Assembly: GCA_963845295.1 (NCBI GenBank)
Contig: CAWJRP010000018.1
Location: 1,003 to 65,002 of the forward strand
Source of the DNA: Sulfurimonadaceae bacterium
GTDB lineage: Bacteria > Campylobacterota > Campylobacteria > Campylobacterales > Sulfurimonadaceae
Reading direction: 5' to 3'
DNA length: 64,000 nucleotides
Shown here: piece after piece, positions 31,317-42,069 of the stretch
Layout of the letters: the number at the start of each line of letters is the position of its first letter
How positions within the stretch are numbered: the first letter of the stretch is position 1
Program-made: the position numbers and the translations under genes
The notes under the pieces: model-generated
Seen by the model: only the letters and a program-made list of their open reading frames with translations
What the model was told of the DNA's origin: nothing
The model's database searches: none

Positions 31317-32030
31317 ATGAAAACAATCGTTTTAGCGCTTGTGCTGCTTTCTCAAATCCTATACGCCAAAGTCATCACTGCTACGTATGAAGTTTCCTAT
31401 GGGATATTTCAAGCGATGGGGATTGCGGACGCACGTTTTGAAACCAACGATGATAATACCTACTCTATCCGTATCGAAGCTCGCACGACGGGAATAGCCA
31501 AAGTACTGAGTAATAATCGTGTTGAAACGTATGAGAGTTACGGAACGATCGATAAGGGAATACTCGTTCCCAAAAAATACATCAAAATCCGACGAACCGA
31601 TTCGAAAAAAACGACAAAAATTTATACGTTTGACCACCCCAATAAAACGGTGTGGGTCGAAAATATCCAAAGCGATGAATGGGATAAAGTTAAAAATGAT
31701 TTTTACGCTTCAGAGGATGTGCTAACCCTCTTTTTTAATTTCAAAAACTATTTAAAAAGTCGTCAGGATAGACCCTTTTATGTAATCGGCGGTAATCGAA
31801 AAGATGGTCGTGTTGACATCAATTTTCCCCGAGATGAAGAGTTGGGAGAGATTACACAGAAGCTTGAAATAAAAGAGGGTGATTTTTTAAAAGTTGTTCT
31901 GAACGATCGCATTTTTTCGAGTGCTCAGGGGGAATTACTGATTAATTTAGGCTCCGATGGGCTTTGTCAAAAAGCCGTTCTCGAAGATGTCCTTTTGTTT
32001 GGGGATATCGTGGGGAAAAGGGTGAATTAA
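31317..32030 (+). CDS. DUF3108-like exported protein
   Basis: Signal peptide, YEVSYGIF, and beta-rich architecture with DVLTLFF. Confidence 0.65.
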   Translation: MKTIVLALVLLSQILYAKVITATYEVSYGIFQAMGIADARFETNDDNTYSIRIEARTTGIAKVLSNNRVETYESYGTIDKGILVPKKYIKIRRTDSKKTTKIYTFDHPNKTVWVENIQSDEWDKVKNDFYASEDVLTLFFNFKNYLKSRQDRPFYVIGGNRKDGRVDINFPRDEELGEITQKLEIKEGDFLKVVLNDRIFSSAQGELLINLGSDGLCQKAVLEDVLLFGDIVGKRVN

Positions 32031-32602
32031 CCCAAATCGATGTGAAAAATTTCTTTCAGTAAAACATCCAAATCTTCCCGCGTCGCCCCCGCAAAAGCGT
32101 TTTCAACAAATTTATTGATCCCTTTGTTCTCGTGCTGAATCAAGGGGACGATTTTGATCCCGGTTATTTCGGACATAAAATGGGATGTATCCCCCTCTTC
32201 ATAGGCGTGCAGGAGGATCGAGCGGGAGAAATTGTTGAGGATATGGTAATAGATATGCAAAAACTCCGCTTCGAGCACTTTTAGACCGTAGAGGTGGGTG
32301 ACGAGGCGGTTTTCATGTGAAACCACCGGATGGACTTTTTCGGGTTTGATCGTAATGCCGATCTCCTCTTTAATCTCACGTACCAATGCCTCAAGGAGGC
32401 TCTCCCCCTCATTGACCGTCCCTCCGGGAAATCCCATCCGTCCGTCCCACCGATCGATCATAATCAATGCAGGACATTTGAAATGCTGCATATCGTCTTT
32501 AAAATACCGCCACGGTGAAATCGCATCGACGTAGATGGCTAAAAAGACGGCATCTTTTTTATCGGGATGTTGTTGCCCGAACGGCACACGTTGTGTTCTC
32601 AT
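32027..32602 (-). CDS. Nudix hydrolase, NUDT16-like
   Basis: Nudix box GGTVNEGESLLEALVREIKEEIG preceded by RWDGRMGFPGG. Confidence 0.9.
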   Translation of the reverse strand: MRTQRVPFGQQHPDKKDAVFLAIYVDAISPWRYFKDDMQHFKCPALIMIDRWDGRMGFPGGTVNEGESLLEALVREIKEEIGITIKPEKVHPVVSHENRLVTHLYGLKVLEAEFLHIYYHILNNFSRSILLHAYEEGDTSHFMSEITGIKIVPLIQHENKGINKFVENAFAGATREDLDVLLKEIFHIDLG

Positions 32603-32741
32603 AATGTGATATCCGATAGTGATTGATTAATAGAATAACTATTATACAGAGATATCACCGCGAAAGAACGATTTTTTTACACTCTTTTTACATATATCAG
32701 TCATGATATACTCATCAAATTCTTTTATCAGGACAACACTC

Positions 32742-33200
32742 ATGCGTGCAGCTCTCATTATCCTTATGTTTATGGTGACGATCTCTTTTGCGGAGAGTAA
32801 AAAATTTATGATCGATTTAAAAACGGGTGATTTGGATACGTTTAGCAGAGAATTTTTGGTCGGGGTTCCCGGAACTATCGACTACTTTATATCGCAAGGG
32901 GATACGGTCGAAGTGGCGGTCGTGATACACGGTGATGCCTATAAGTTTTTTGTCCAAAATCTTGATAATACACAATACGCTATGGATAAGTTGTTGGTAG
33001 ACCATCAAGAATCCATCCATCAACGTCTCGAAGAGATCGAAAAGAAATATAAGGTGCATATGGATATCTGTATGGCAGGGATGCATAAAAAAGGGATATT
33101 GAGCGAAGACATCTACCCCTTTGTCACTCCGATAAAATCGGCGATGGTCGGGTTGGTAAAATGGCAAAATCAGGGATTTGCGTATATCCCCGTCCAGTAA
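32742..33200 (+). CDS. DsrE family protein (exported)
   Basis: VAVVIHGDA, DIC and WQNQGFAYIP. Confidence 0.75.
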   Translation: MRAALIILMFMVTISFAESKKFMIDLKTGDLDTFSREFLVGVPGTIDYFISQGDTVEVAVVIHGDAYKFFVQNLDNTQYAMDKLLVDHQESIHQRLEEIEKKYKVHMDICMAGMHKKGILSEDIYPFVTPIKSAMVGLVKWQNQGFAYIPVQ

Positions 33201-33246
33201 GTAAATGAACTTTTAAGGGTAACGGTGATAAAATCCCACCAGTGAT

Positions 33247-33323
<77 letters not shown>

Positions 33324-33493
33324 CTCTCTTTCTTTTTAAACAATCAACTTTTTTTACTTTCAATCATCTCAAGATTAACCACAAAAATATTATTTTTCCA
33401 CGCCATTCTTTTCCGCTATAATCTAAAAAAACAAAAAATCAATATATAGGTTTTAATGATGAATCAGTCTCGTATTTATGATTTGAAGAATGT

Positions 33494-35824
33494 GTGATGA
33501 TTCAAAAAATTGATATAGCTAAATTTGGAATTTATCAGGATTATAAATGGGATGCTTCCATTGGAAAAGATTTTTATTTTAAAACTGCCAATATTTTTTA
33601 TGGTAGAAACTATTCAGGAAAAACCACATTATCACGAATTTTTAGATCATTGGAAAAAAATACATTACATCCAGATTTTATAGATAGCAGTTTTGAGTTC
33701 TTATTAGCTGATGGTAGAAAAATTAACAATGGCAATATTAATCACGAAAAAGTAAAAATATGTGTTTACAATAGAGATTTTGTCAAAGAAAACCTTAGTT
33801 GGCTTCATAAAGATGATGGGACTATTGAACCTTTTACAATTATTGGTGAAGTAAATAACGAAATCAAAAAAAATATTGATAAGATAGAAGAAGATTTAGG
33901 CAATATTGATGAAAAAAGAGGGCTAATCTATGAATTTTCAAAAAAAGAAGTAGAGACTAAAAAACTCAAAAAAAATCATGATGACCAAGATGGTTCATTA
34001 AAAACAAAACTTACAGACAAGGCTGTAAAAATTAAAAATGAAACCCATTTATACAATGTACCAACTTATAATATAACTCAAATAAAAAAAGATATTGATA
34101 GCTTAAAAGCACAGGATTTATTATCTGAACAAGACATTGAATTAAAAAAACAACTTTTAAAAGAACAGATCAAAGAAGATATAAAAAGTCTTCCAGAAAT
34201 CAAACCGAGATTTGAACAATATTTATTAGAGACCCAGGAGCTATTATCAAAAAAGATTCAACCAACACAAGCAATTACTGACTTGGTAAATGATAGCTTG
34301 TTGCAAGTATGGGTAAAACAAGGCATAGAAAAGCACAAAGGAAAAAGAGAAATTTGTGCTTTTTGTGGGAACCCTATCAATCCGCTATTATGGGAAAAAA
34401 TAGATGCTCATTTTAATAAAGAATCTGAGGAATTAAGTGAGCTAATTAAAGTAAAAGTTGAATCGTTTGGAAAAGCAAAGGTAGCGTTAGATAGCTATAT
34501 AAAATTTTCTAAAGTAAATGTTTACTCAATTTTTCATCAAGAATACGAAGAATTTTTTAAAAAGTGGGAAATACAGAAAGATATATATTCATCAAATATT
34601 CAAGAGCTTATTAGCCTATTAGAATTACGAGAGAAAGACATATTTAATTGTATTGAAGTGTTAAATGTCAAAGATAATTCCGAAGAAATTTTAGAGCTTT
34701 TTAAAGAAGCCAATACGCTTATTACAAAAAATAATGAAAAAACAAAAACTTTAGCACAAGATCAAACTACATCACGAACAGCGCTTAGACTTTCAGAAGT
34801 TGCAAAATTTATTGAAGAGATTAAATACAAAAATGAGCTTTTAGCAATCGAAAAAGCAAAAAAAGATTTTGATGAAAGTGAGGCAGAAAGAAAATTACTT
34901 ATTGATAGTATTAATGCCAATGAAGAATCAAAAAGAAAATTAGAAACTCAGCAACAAGATGAAAGTAAAGGGGCTGAACAAGTTAATATATATCTTGAAA
35001 AAATAGGTCATAGTGGATTTAAACTTGTCGCCGAAGGTGAGAAACCGAATATAAAATTTAAAGTAATAAGAGATGGACAACAGGCAAAAAATTTAAGTGA
35101 TGGAGAAGCAAGCCTCATATCGTTTTGCTATTTTATGGCAACTATAAAAGATAAATTGGATACTGATACAACCATCTATATTGATGATCCGATTTCAAGT
35201 CTTGACAACAACCATATCTTTTTTATGTTTAGTTTGATAGATTCTGAGATTGCTAAATCTAAACAATATAAACAACTTTTTATATCAACACACAATTTGG
35301 ATTTTTTAAAATATCTCAAAAGATTAAGCGTTGTAGGGTTTAAAGACAATGTAGTTCACTATATAATAGAAAGAAAACAAAAACAAAATGACAAAAGAAG
35401 CTATATCGCTACTATGCCAGACTATTTGAAAGATTATATTACAGAATTTAATTATCTTTTTAAAGAGATTTATTCTTATTATAAATCAACTAAAGGTGAT
35501 AGAACACAACAAATTAGCAATACATATAATACTTTTTATAATCTACCAAATAATATGAGAAAATTTTTAGAATATTATCTTTTTTACAAATATCCCAATA
35601 CTGATAATCCATTGGCGAATTTAGACAAACTATTTGAAGGTGAAATACCATCACTATTAAATAGAGTTGTTAATGAACTATCACATTTGACTCATATTGA
35701 TAGAGGATGGTGTCCTATTGATGTCAGTGAAGTAGAAGAATGTGTAAAAACCATCATTGAAAAAGTTAAAGAAAAAGACGAAGAGCAATTTGAAGCATTA
35801 TTGCAAAGCATAGGAGAAGTATAA
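33494..35824 (+). CDS. rloC: RloC-like anticodon nuclease (AAA_13 ABC-ATPase, zinc hook, HEPN)
   Basis: Walker A GRNYSGKTT, coiled coil with CAFC hook, LSDGE signature, IDDPISSLD, STHN, and C-terminal NNMRKFLE and RVVNELSH; very AT-rich. Confidence 0.82.
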   Translation: MMIQKIDIAKFGIYQDYKWDASIGKDFYFKTANIFYGRNYSGKTTLSRIFRSLEKNTLHPDFIDSSFEFLLADGRKINNGNINHEKVKICVYNRDFVKENLSWLHKDDGTIEPFTIIGEVNNEIKKNIDKIEEDLGNIDEKRGLIYEFSKKEVETKKLKKNHDDQDGSLKTKLTDKAVKIKNETHLYNVPTYNITQIKKDIDSLKAQDLLSEQDIELKKQLLKEQIKEDIKSLPEIKPRFEQYLLETQELLSKKIQPTQAITDLVNDSLLQVWVKQGIEKHKGKREICAFCGNPINPLLWEKIDAHFNKESEELSELIKVKVESFGKAKVALDSYIKFSKVNVYSIFHQEYEEFFKKWEIQKDIYSSNIQELISLLELREKDIFNCIEVLNVKDNSEEILELFKEANTLITKNNEKTKTLAQDQTTSRTALRLSEVAKFIEEIKYKNELLAIEKAKKDFDESEAERKLLIDSINANEESKRKLETQQQDESKGAEQVNIYLEKIGHSGFKLVAEGEKPNIKFKVIRDGQQAKNLSDGEASLISFCYFMATIKDKLDTDTTIYIDDPISSLDNNHIFFMFSLIDSEIAKSKQYKQLFISTHNLDFLKYLKRLSVVGFKDNVVHYIIERKQKQNDKRSYIATMPDYLKDYITEFNYLFKEIYSYYKSTKGDRTQQISNTYNTFYNLPNNMRKFLEYYLFYKYPNTDNPLANLDKLFEGEIPSLLNRVVNELSHLTHIDRGWCPIDVSEVEECVKTIIEKVKEKDEEQFEALLQSIGEV

Positions 35825-37096
35825 TTGGAAAATAACCTGAATCAAACCACCATTCAATGCCCAAAATGTGGCACACAAATTGACGTAAACGAAATCCTCT
35901 ATCATCAGCTCGAAGCTCAGATGAAGAGCAAGTTTGATAGTGAAGTTGACGAACACCGTAAAAAGTACAAAGCGGCTATGGATGAGTTCAAAGCCAAAGA
36001 AGAAGCGTTCAAAGATCAGCAAGAAAAGTTCGATGAAAAGCTCCGAGATAGCGTATCCACTCAGCTCAAAGCCGAACGCCTAAAACTATCCGAAACTCTC
36101 AAAAAACAGATTCTCGAAGAACAAAGCGAATCGATGGCGCTACTCCAAAAAGAGTTAACCGAAAAATCTGAGCAGGTCAAAGAGCTGAACCGTTCAAAAG
36201 CCGAAATCGAACAGCTCAAACGTGCAATCACTGAAGCCGAAGAGGTCGCTAAACTCAAAGCCGAACAGGTGTTGACCGAACGCCTCAAAGAGGAAAAAGA
36301 GAAGATACACAAACTGGTCGATGAGCAAAACGAACTCAAACTCAAAGAGAAAGACAAACAGCTCGAAGATCAAAAAAAGCTCATCGAAGAGATGAAGCGC
36401 AAAGCCGAGCAGGGCAGTATGCAGATGCAAGGAGAGGTACAAGAACTCGCTATCGAAGAGTGGCTGATGGCACAGTATCCGTTTGATTCAATCGAAGAGA
36501 TCAAGAAAGGTCAGCGCGGTGGAGACTGTATCCAGAGTGTTCATACACGCGAGATGCAAAATTGCGGAACGATCTATTATGAAAGCAAGCGAACAAAAGA
36601 TTTTCAATCTACATGGATCGAAAAGTTTAAAGCCGATATGCGTGATCGCGGAGCTGATATCGGGGTGTTAGTCACCAGTACCATGCCAAAAGATATGGAT
36701 CGGATGGGATTGCTCGATGGCGTGTGGGTGTGTACTTACGAAGAGTTCAAAGGGCTGTCGATGGTGTTGCGCGAAAACGTCATACGTATGGCAAGGGCGT
36801 TACTCTCCGAAGAGAACAAAACTGACAAGATGACCATGCTTTACAGCTTCCTGACCAGTAATGAGTTTAAAATGCAGATCGAAGCTATTGTCGAAGGTTT
36901 TTCTCAAATGCAAGCGGATTTGGATTCTGAGCGACGGGCGATGCAACGTATCTGGAAACAGCGTGAAAAGCAGATCAATAAAGTTCTCGAAAACACAACG
37001 GGAATGTATGGATCGATTCAAGGAATTGCGGGTAATGCCATCGGGAATATAAAAGCGCTTGAATTACCGTATAGCAGTGATGAAGAAATAGAATAA
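35825..37096 (+). CDS. DUF2130 domain protein
   Basis: CPKCG N-terminus, coiled coil, QGSMQMQGEVQELAIE, GGD and YESKRTK. Confidence 0.85.
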   Translation: MENNLNQTTIQCPKCGTQIDVNEILYHQLEAQMKSKFDSEVDEHRKKYKAAMDEFKAKEEAFKDQQEKFDEKLRDSVSTQLKAERLKLSETLKKQILEEQSESMALLQKELTEKSEQVKELNRSKAEIEQLKRAITEAEEVAKLKAEQVLTERLKEEKEKIHKLVDEQNELKLKEKDKQLEDQKKLIEEMKRKAEQGSMQMQGEVQELAIEEWLMAQYPFDSIEEIKKGQRGGDCIQSVHTREMQNCGTIYYESKRTKDFQSTWIEKFKADMRDRGADIGVLVTSTMPKDMDRMGLLDGVWVCTYEEFKGLSMVLRENVIRMARALLSEENKTDKMTMLYSFLTSNEFKMQIEAIVEGFSQMQADLDSERRAMQRIWKQREKQINKVLENTTGMYGSIQGIAGNAIGNIKALELPYSSDEEIE

Positions 37097-37139
37097 GTTA
37101 AGGATCCATTAAATGAGTGCACGGTATACTTCTCATAAC

Positions 37140-37190
37140 AACACCTCTCACGCTTCTCGTAAGATCAGCGCACCCCGAGAGGTCGCTTCT
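37140..37190 (+). ncRNA. Structured leader RNA of the Abi gene (candidate abiF-motif-like RNA)
   Basis: Nested stems ACCTCTC/GAGAGGT, CGCT/AGCG and TCT/AGA just downstream of a TATACT -10 (37125-37130) and upstream of the SD. Confidence 0.55.
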
Positions 37191-37212
37191 TCTTTTGACA
37201 ATGAGGTTGAAT

Positions 37213-38112
37213 ATGCCTCCTAGAAATCCCCCTTATCTTAAACCACCATTATCGATTACGGATCAACTAACGCAATTACAGTCTCGTGGAATGCAGTTTA
37301 GTGATATTCCTATGGCAGAACATTATTTGGGTCATCTTAATTATTATCGTCTCTCAGCGTATTGGCTCCCATACGAATCGGATCATTCTCTACACCAGTT
37401 TCATGCCGGGACACAATTTGATGACGTAATTAATTCATATGTATTTGATAGAGAACTAAGACTGCTTGTTCTTGATGCAATCGAGCGTGTAGAGGTTTCT
37501 GTACGGACACAAATGACTCAAGTGCTTACACTCACATATGGATCACATCCGCATTTAATGCCACAATTGTTTCATTGCCCTATAAGATATGCTCAAACGA
37601 TCAATAAACTAAAAAGTGACTTTGATCGAAGTGATGAAAAGTTTAGTGAACATTTTAAAAATAATTATGCAGAAAAATTACCGCCGCTTTGGGCAGCAGT
37701 AGAGTTGATGACAATGGGGCAAATATCAAATTGGTTTGCAAATATCAAAGCACGACAAGACAGACTGGCGATTGCAAGAACCTATCAACTTGATGAAAGT
37801 ATTATGGGTTCCTTTTTGCACCATTTAACCATTGTCAGAAATATATGTGCTCATCATGGTAGATTGTGGAATAGACGATTTGCATTTACAATTAAAATAC
37901 CAAATCATCCGGCGATATTATCGCAAAGTTTAAACGCTCCAACACATAAAAATCTTTACAATACGTTCACATTTTTAGCACATATGATGGATGTTATTAG
38001 CCCAGGGCATCATTGGAAAAATAGATTGAAAGAATTGATAATACATCATAATATTAATACCGTATCAATGGGTTTTCCAAGTGATTGGGAAACCCGTGCA
38101 ATATGGATGTAA
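37213..38112 (+). CDS. Abi_2 (AbiF/AbiD) family HEPN protein
   Basis: [44 protein letters not shown] and [17 protein letters not shown]; ATG 37213 has a GAGG SD. Confidence 0.9.
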   Translation: MPPRNPPYLKPPLSITDQLTQLQSRGMQFSDIPMAEHYLGHLNYYRLSAYWLPYESDHSLHQFHAGTQFDDVINSYVFDRELRLLVLDAIERVEVSVRTQMTQVLTLTYGSHPHLMPQLFHCPIRYAQTINKLKSDFDRSDEKFSEHFKNNYAEKLPPLWAAVELMTMGQISNWFANIKARQDRLAIARTYQLDESIMGSFLHHLTIVRNICAHHGRLWNRRFAFTIKIPNHPAILSQSLNAPTHKNLYNTFTFLAHMMDVISPGHHWKNRLKELIIHHNINTVSMGFPSDWETRAIWM

Positions 38113-38117
38113 AATAT

Positions 38118-38600
38118 CTACGCCATTGTCTTACGTAACACATCGATCGGCATTACAAACATCGCTTTAAACAGCGGCGATACATGGGTCGTTTTATCAT
38201 CGATCACTTCGAGTGCACTAAAACTAAACCCTTCACCATCAGAACTGTTGGTAGGTGTCACGGTAAAGGTGAGCGGTTTGAGGGTACGGATCATATTGAG
38301 AATATTTTTATGGCGTTTATCTTCGGCACCGAGGAGGATATTGCCGTCTTTCGTACGTACCTTTGCTGTCTCGACAAGGAGTCTCCAGTTATCGGCATGG
38401 AGTGTTTTGTTCCACGTCATAATACCGCTGGAGTAGTTGATCTGTTTTTTTTCACCGACGATGATCCCCTCACGGGTGGAGCGGATCGTTTCAGCGAGGG
38501 TGAGGAAAAAGTTTTTGCCTCCGACAGCGTCGGCACATTCGCGCAAGAGTTCCCCTAATGTTTGTTCTGTATTGGTCGTTTTAGTTGGTGTTGTATCCAT
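38118..38600 (-). CDS. Hypothetical protein
   Basis: 160-aa ORF with GAGGA SD and host-like codons. Confidence 0.7.
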   Translation of the reverse strand: MDTTPTKTTNTEQTLGELLRECADAVGGKNFFLTLAETIRSTREGIIVGEKKQINYSSGIMTWNKTLHADNWRLLVETAKVRTKDGNILLGAEDKRHKNILNMIRTLKPLTFTVTPTNSSDGEGFSFSALEVIDDKTTHVSPLFKAMFVMPIDVLRKTMA

Positions 38601-38646
38601 AATTTATTCCTCAATATCTTTTACTCATGATATCCAAATTTCACCT

Positions 38647-41413
38647 TTAGTCTCTAACGCCGTACTGTTTACCTAACATTTTCCACTCCACCCATTTATA
38701 CCCTTCGACTACGATAAAGAGGGGGATGGCTACCTCAAAGATGAGAACCCACTCTTCCAAACTTAAGGGGACGGTATGCAGCGCTTGCTGTAAAAACGGG
38801 ACATATACGGCGGCTATCTGTGCCGCAATGGTCATGCACCATGCGCCGATCAGCCAGGGATTGGAAAAAAATCCGATCAGCGGCATCGGAGCGTACAACG
38901 AGCGGAAGTTGAATACGTTCATCTCTTCAAGGATGATGATACCCGTAAACGCGGCAGTCTGTGCTATGGCAATAGCTTGTGTCTCCGGCAATCCCGAGGC
39001 AAGATAGTGGTGAAACAGCCAGAGTGTTCCGCCGCCGATATATGCTCCCATCAGTAAAATCATAATGATTCCTCTTTTCTGCAAGAACGGCTCATTAAGC
39101 GGCCGCGGTGGTCGGTTCATAATCCCTTTTTCTGTTTTTTCAAGCCCAAGTGCCACCGCAGATATCCCATCGGTAACGAGATTCATCCATAGAATTTGTA
39201 CCGGGAGAAGAATCATAGGGCCGCCGAGTAAAATAGTGATAAAAATGGCAACGACCTCTCCCATGTTGGATGAGAGGAGGTAGGTGACGAATTTCTGGAT
39301 ATTGTCATACTGCCGCCGCCCCTCTTTGACGGCGTTGATGATTGAGGCGAAATTATCATCCACCAAAATCATATCGGCAGCCCCTTTGGCGACATCGGTA
39401 CCGCGCAGTCCCATCGCAATCCCGATATCGGCTTGCTTGAGGGCAGGGGCATCATTGACCCCGTCCCCTGTCATTGCCGTCACAAACCCCTCTTTCTGAA
39501 GAACTTGTACGATGCGGAGCTTATTTTCCGGCGTCGTTCGGGCAAAAATCGCCTCTTCCTTGATGGATGCTATCAGCGCCTCATCGTCCATTGCAGTTAG
39601 CTCCGTCCCGGTAATGGTACGTTGTCCTCTCAATCCGACACTTTTTGCAATAGCGAGTGCCGTCAGGGGGGCATCGCCGGTAATCATAATAACACGGATA
39701 CCGGCTCGGCGGGCGGTTTGGATCGCTTCGGGGACTTCGGGGCGGGGTGGATCGATAATGCCGACAATCCCCAACAACGTCAATTCCCTCTCCACACTAT
39801 CGCTGTCGAGGTTCAGTTCTTCAGGGAGAGTACGGGTCGCAAACGCAAGGGTGCGAAGACCGTTTTTGGCCAGTTCGGTATAGGCGCGTTCAAAGTGTAT
39901 TCGCGCTGTTTCATCCAGAGGCTCTGATATTTTCTCCGTCCTGATAGCTCGAAGCGTGTTCCAAAAGGACTTCCGGTGCCCCTTTGACATAGGCGATTTT
40001 AGTTTTATCTTTTTCGACGATCACGCTCATCCGTTTACGATCGGAATTAAAGGAGAATTCACTTAAAACAGGATGATGTTCAAGAGCGATCCACGCTTTG
40101 TAAGCGGCGACGATGAGTGACGCTTCGGTTGGTTCACCGATAATTTCCCATCCGGATTCCGCTTTGGTTAGCGAAGCATGGTTGCACAGTAACCCTGTTT
40201 GTAAGAGTTTGAGCAGATCGGGTCGCTCTTTGTAGTCGATTTTTCCCCCGTTTACCTCAAAATGTCCTGCGGGGTCATATCCTATCCCTCTTACCTCTAT
40301 TTCTCCGTCGAAAAGCCAAATTTTTGTCACCGTCATCTGATTTTGGGTGAGGGTTCCGGTTTTATCGGTACAGATGACGTTCGCACTTCCCAGACTCTCT
40401 GCCGCTTGCAGGCGGCGCAACAGCGCATTTTGTCGTACCATCGACTTGACCCCTAGCGCGAGGGTGATTGTCACGACGGCGGGCAACCCCTCTGGGACGA
40501 CGGCGACCGCTAAAGAGATACCGGTCATAAACATTTCCAGTATCGGTTTTCCGGACAAATAACCGACAATTGCGACTAGTGCTGAGATGGTGACGGAGAG
40601 AATCCCCAGCTTTTTCCCGAAAATGGCCAGTTTTTTTTGAAGAGGAGTTTGTGTGTGTTCTACTTCGCCGGTGAGCTTTGCTATTTTCCCAAATTCGCTC
40701 TGCATTCCCGTAGCGGTGACTACGCCGCGAGCATATCCGTTGGTTATATTCGTCCCCATCCACACCATTGATGTACACTCCGCCAAAGCGGCCTGTTTAG
40801 AAACAGGAACAATATTTTTAGTGACAGATACCGATTCTCCACTCAGAGCGGATTCATCGACTTTGAGATTGATCGCTTCGAGCAAACGCAAATCGGCAGG
40901 TACACGATCTCCGATTTCAAGCAATACGATATCTCCGGGTACCAGCAGGATGGAGTCGATCCGCATCTCTTTGCCTTCGCGCAGTACGGCGCACTCTAAA
41001 GAGAGCATTTGCTGAAGTGCCTGAATTGCTTTTTCCGCTTTGAACTCCTGAGCAAATCCCAAAATTCCGTTCAAAATGACGATGGTCATAATCGCCAGAG
41101 CATCGCCGATCTCTCCGATGCTAAAAGAGACCGCCGCTGCCACCAGTAAAATGATAATTAGTACGTCGCTAAATTGACGAAGCAGCATCCCGTACCACTG
41201 CTCCTTAGCACTCACTTCGATGCGATTGGCTCCAAATTGCTTCAGTCGCTGCCGGACATTTTCATGATCAAGCCCCCGTTTCGGGTCGGTACCGATTATA
41301 TTTAATACCTCGCTTACTTCTTTGTTCTGCCAGAGGATCGGCACTTCGGAAATATTGAGTGTTTTGGACGTTTCATTCAGTGGTAAAAATTCACTTAATC
41401 TGTGATCATTCAT
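38647..41413 (-). CDS. Cation-transporting P-type ATPase (P2A, Ca2+-type); one frameshift near 39925
   Basis: SGES, PEGL, DKTGT, KGAPE, DPPR, TGD and GDGVND split over two ORFs. Confidence 0.92.
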
Positions 41414-41534
41414 GCAAATATTGTATATTCCTATTCTTATAATATAACTGAATAAATATCCCTGTAAAGCATTAGAACTGATTTCTCATGGAATGATTAG
41501 CTTCGTATAACCATAAGTATGCTATTTTTCGACT

Positions 41535-41969
41535 ATGAAACAACAAGATACAAATCCTTTTTGGGAAACAAAAACGCTCGAAGAACTAACCTCTATGGAG
41601 TGGGAAGCATTGTGTGACGGGTGCGGATTGTGTTGTCTGCACCGTATCCAAGATGAAGATGACGATGAGATCTATTTGACCCGCGTAGCGTGTCACTGCT
41701 ACGATATCGCCGGACGTGCCTGCAGTGATTATGCTAACCGTCATGAGAAGGTAGAGGGGTGTATGAAGCTGACATTGGAGAGGGTGGCTGAATTTGACTG
41801 GCTTCCCGAAACATGTGCTTACCGTCTTCGCCGTGAACTTAAGCCGCTCCCCTCATGGCATCCGCTTATTACTAACAATCCTGCCTCAGTACTTCCGTTT
41901 GGAATGCACTCTCTAAATCCGATTTTGGAAAATGATGAAATCGATTTAGAAGATTATATAATAGATTAA
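41535..41969 (+). CDS. YcgN family cysteine-cluster protein (UPF0260)
   Basis: FWETKTLEEL...EWEALCDGCGLCC and WLPETCAYR. Confidence 0.9.
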   Translation: MKQQDTNPFWETKTLEELTSMEWEALCDGCGLCCLHRIQDEDDDEIYLTRVACHCYDIAGRACSDYANRHEKVEGCMKLTLERVAEFDWLPETCAYRLRRELKPLPSWHPLITNNPASVLPFGMHSLNPILENDEIDLEDYIID

Positions 41970-42069
41970 TTTGACGATTAATTTTGCTATTTAATCATTT
42001 TTGCTACATTCGTGCTATGCTTTATCCCTATAATACGGCTCATAGTATGTATGACGCAAAAGGTGGTTT

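Noticed and set aside
33324-38650. attR-like duplication of the tRNA-Gly 3' end
   Set aside because: No copy of GTTTCCCGCTCCA found downstream by eye, so island boundaries cannot be defined.
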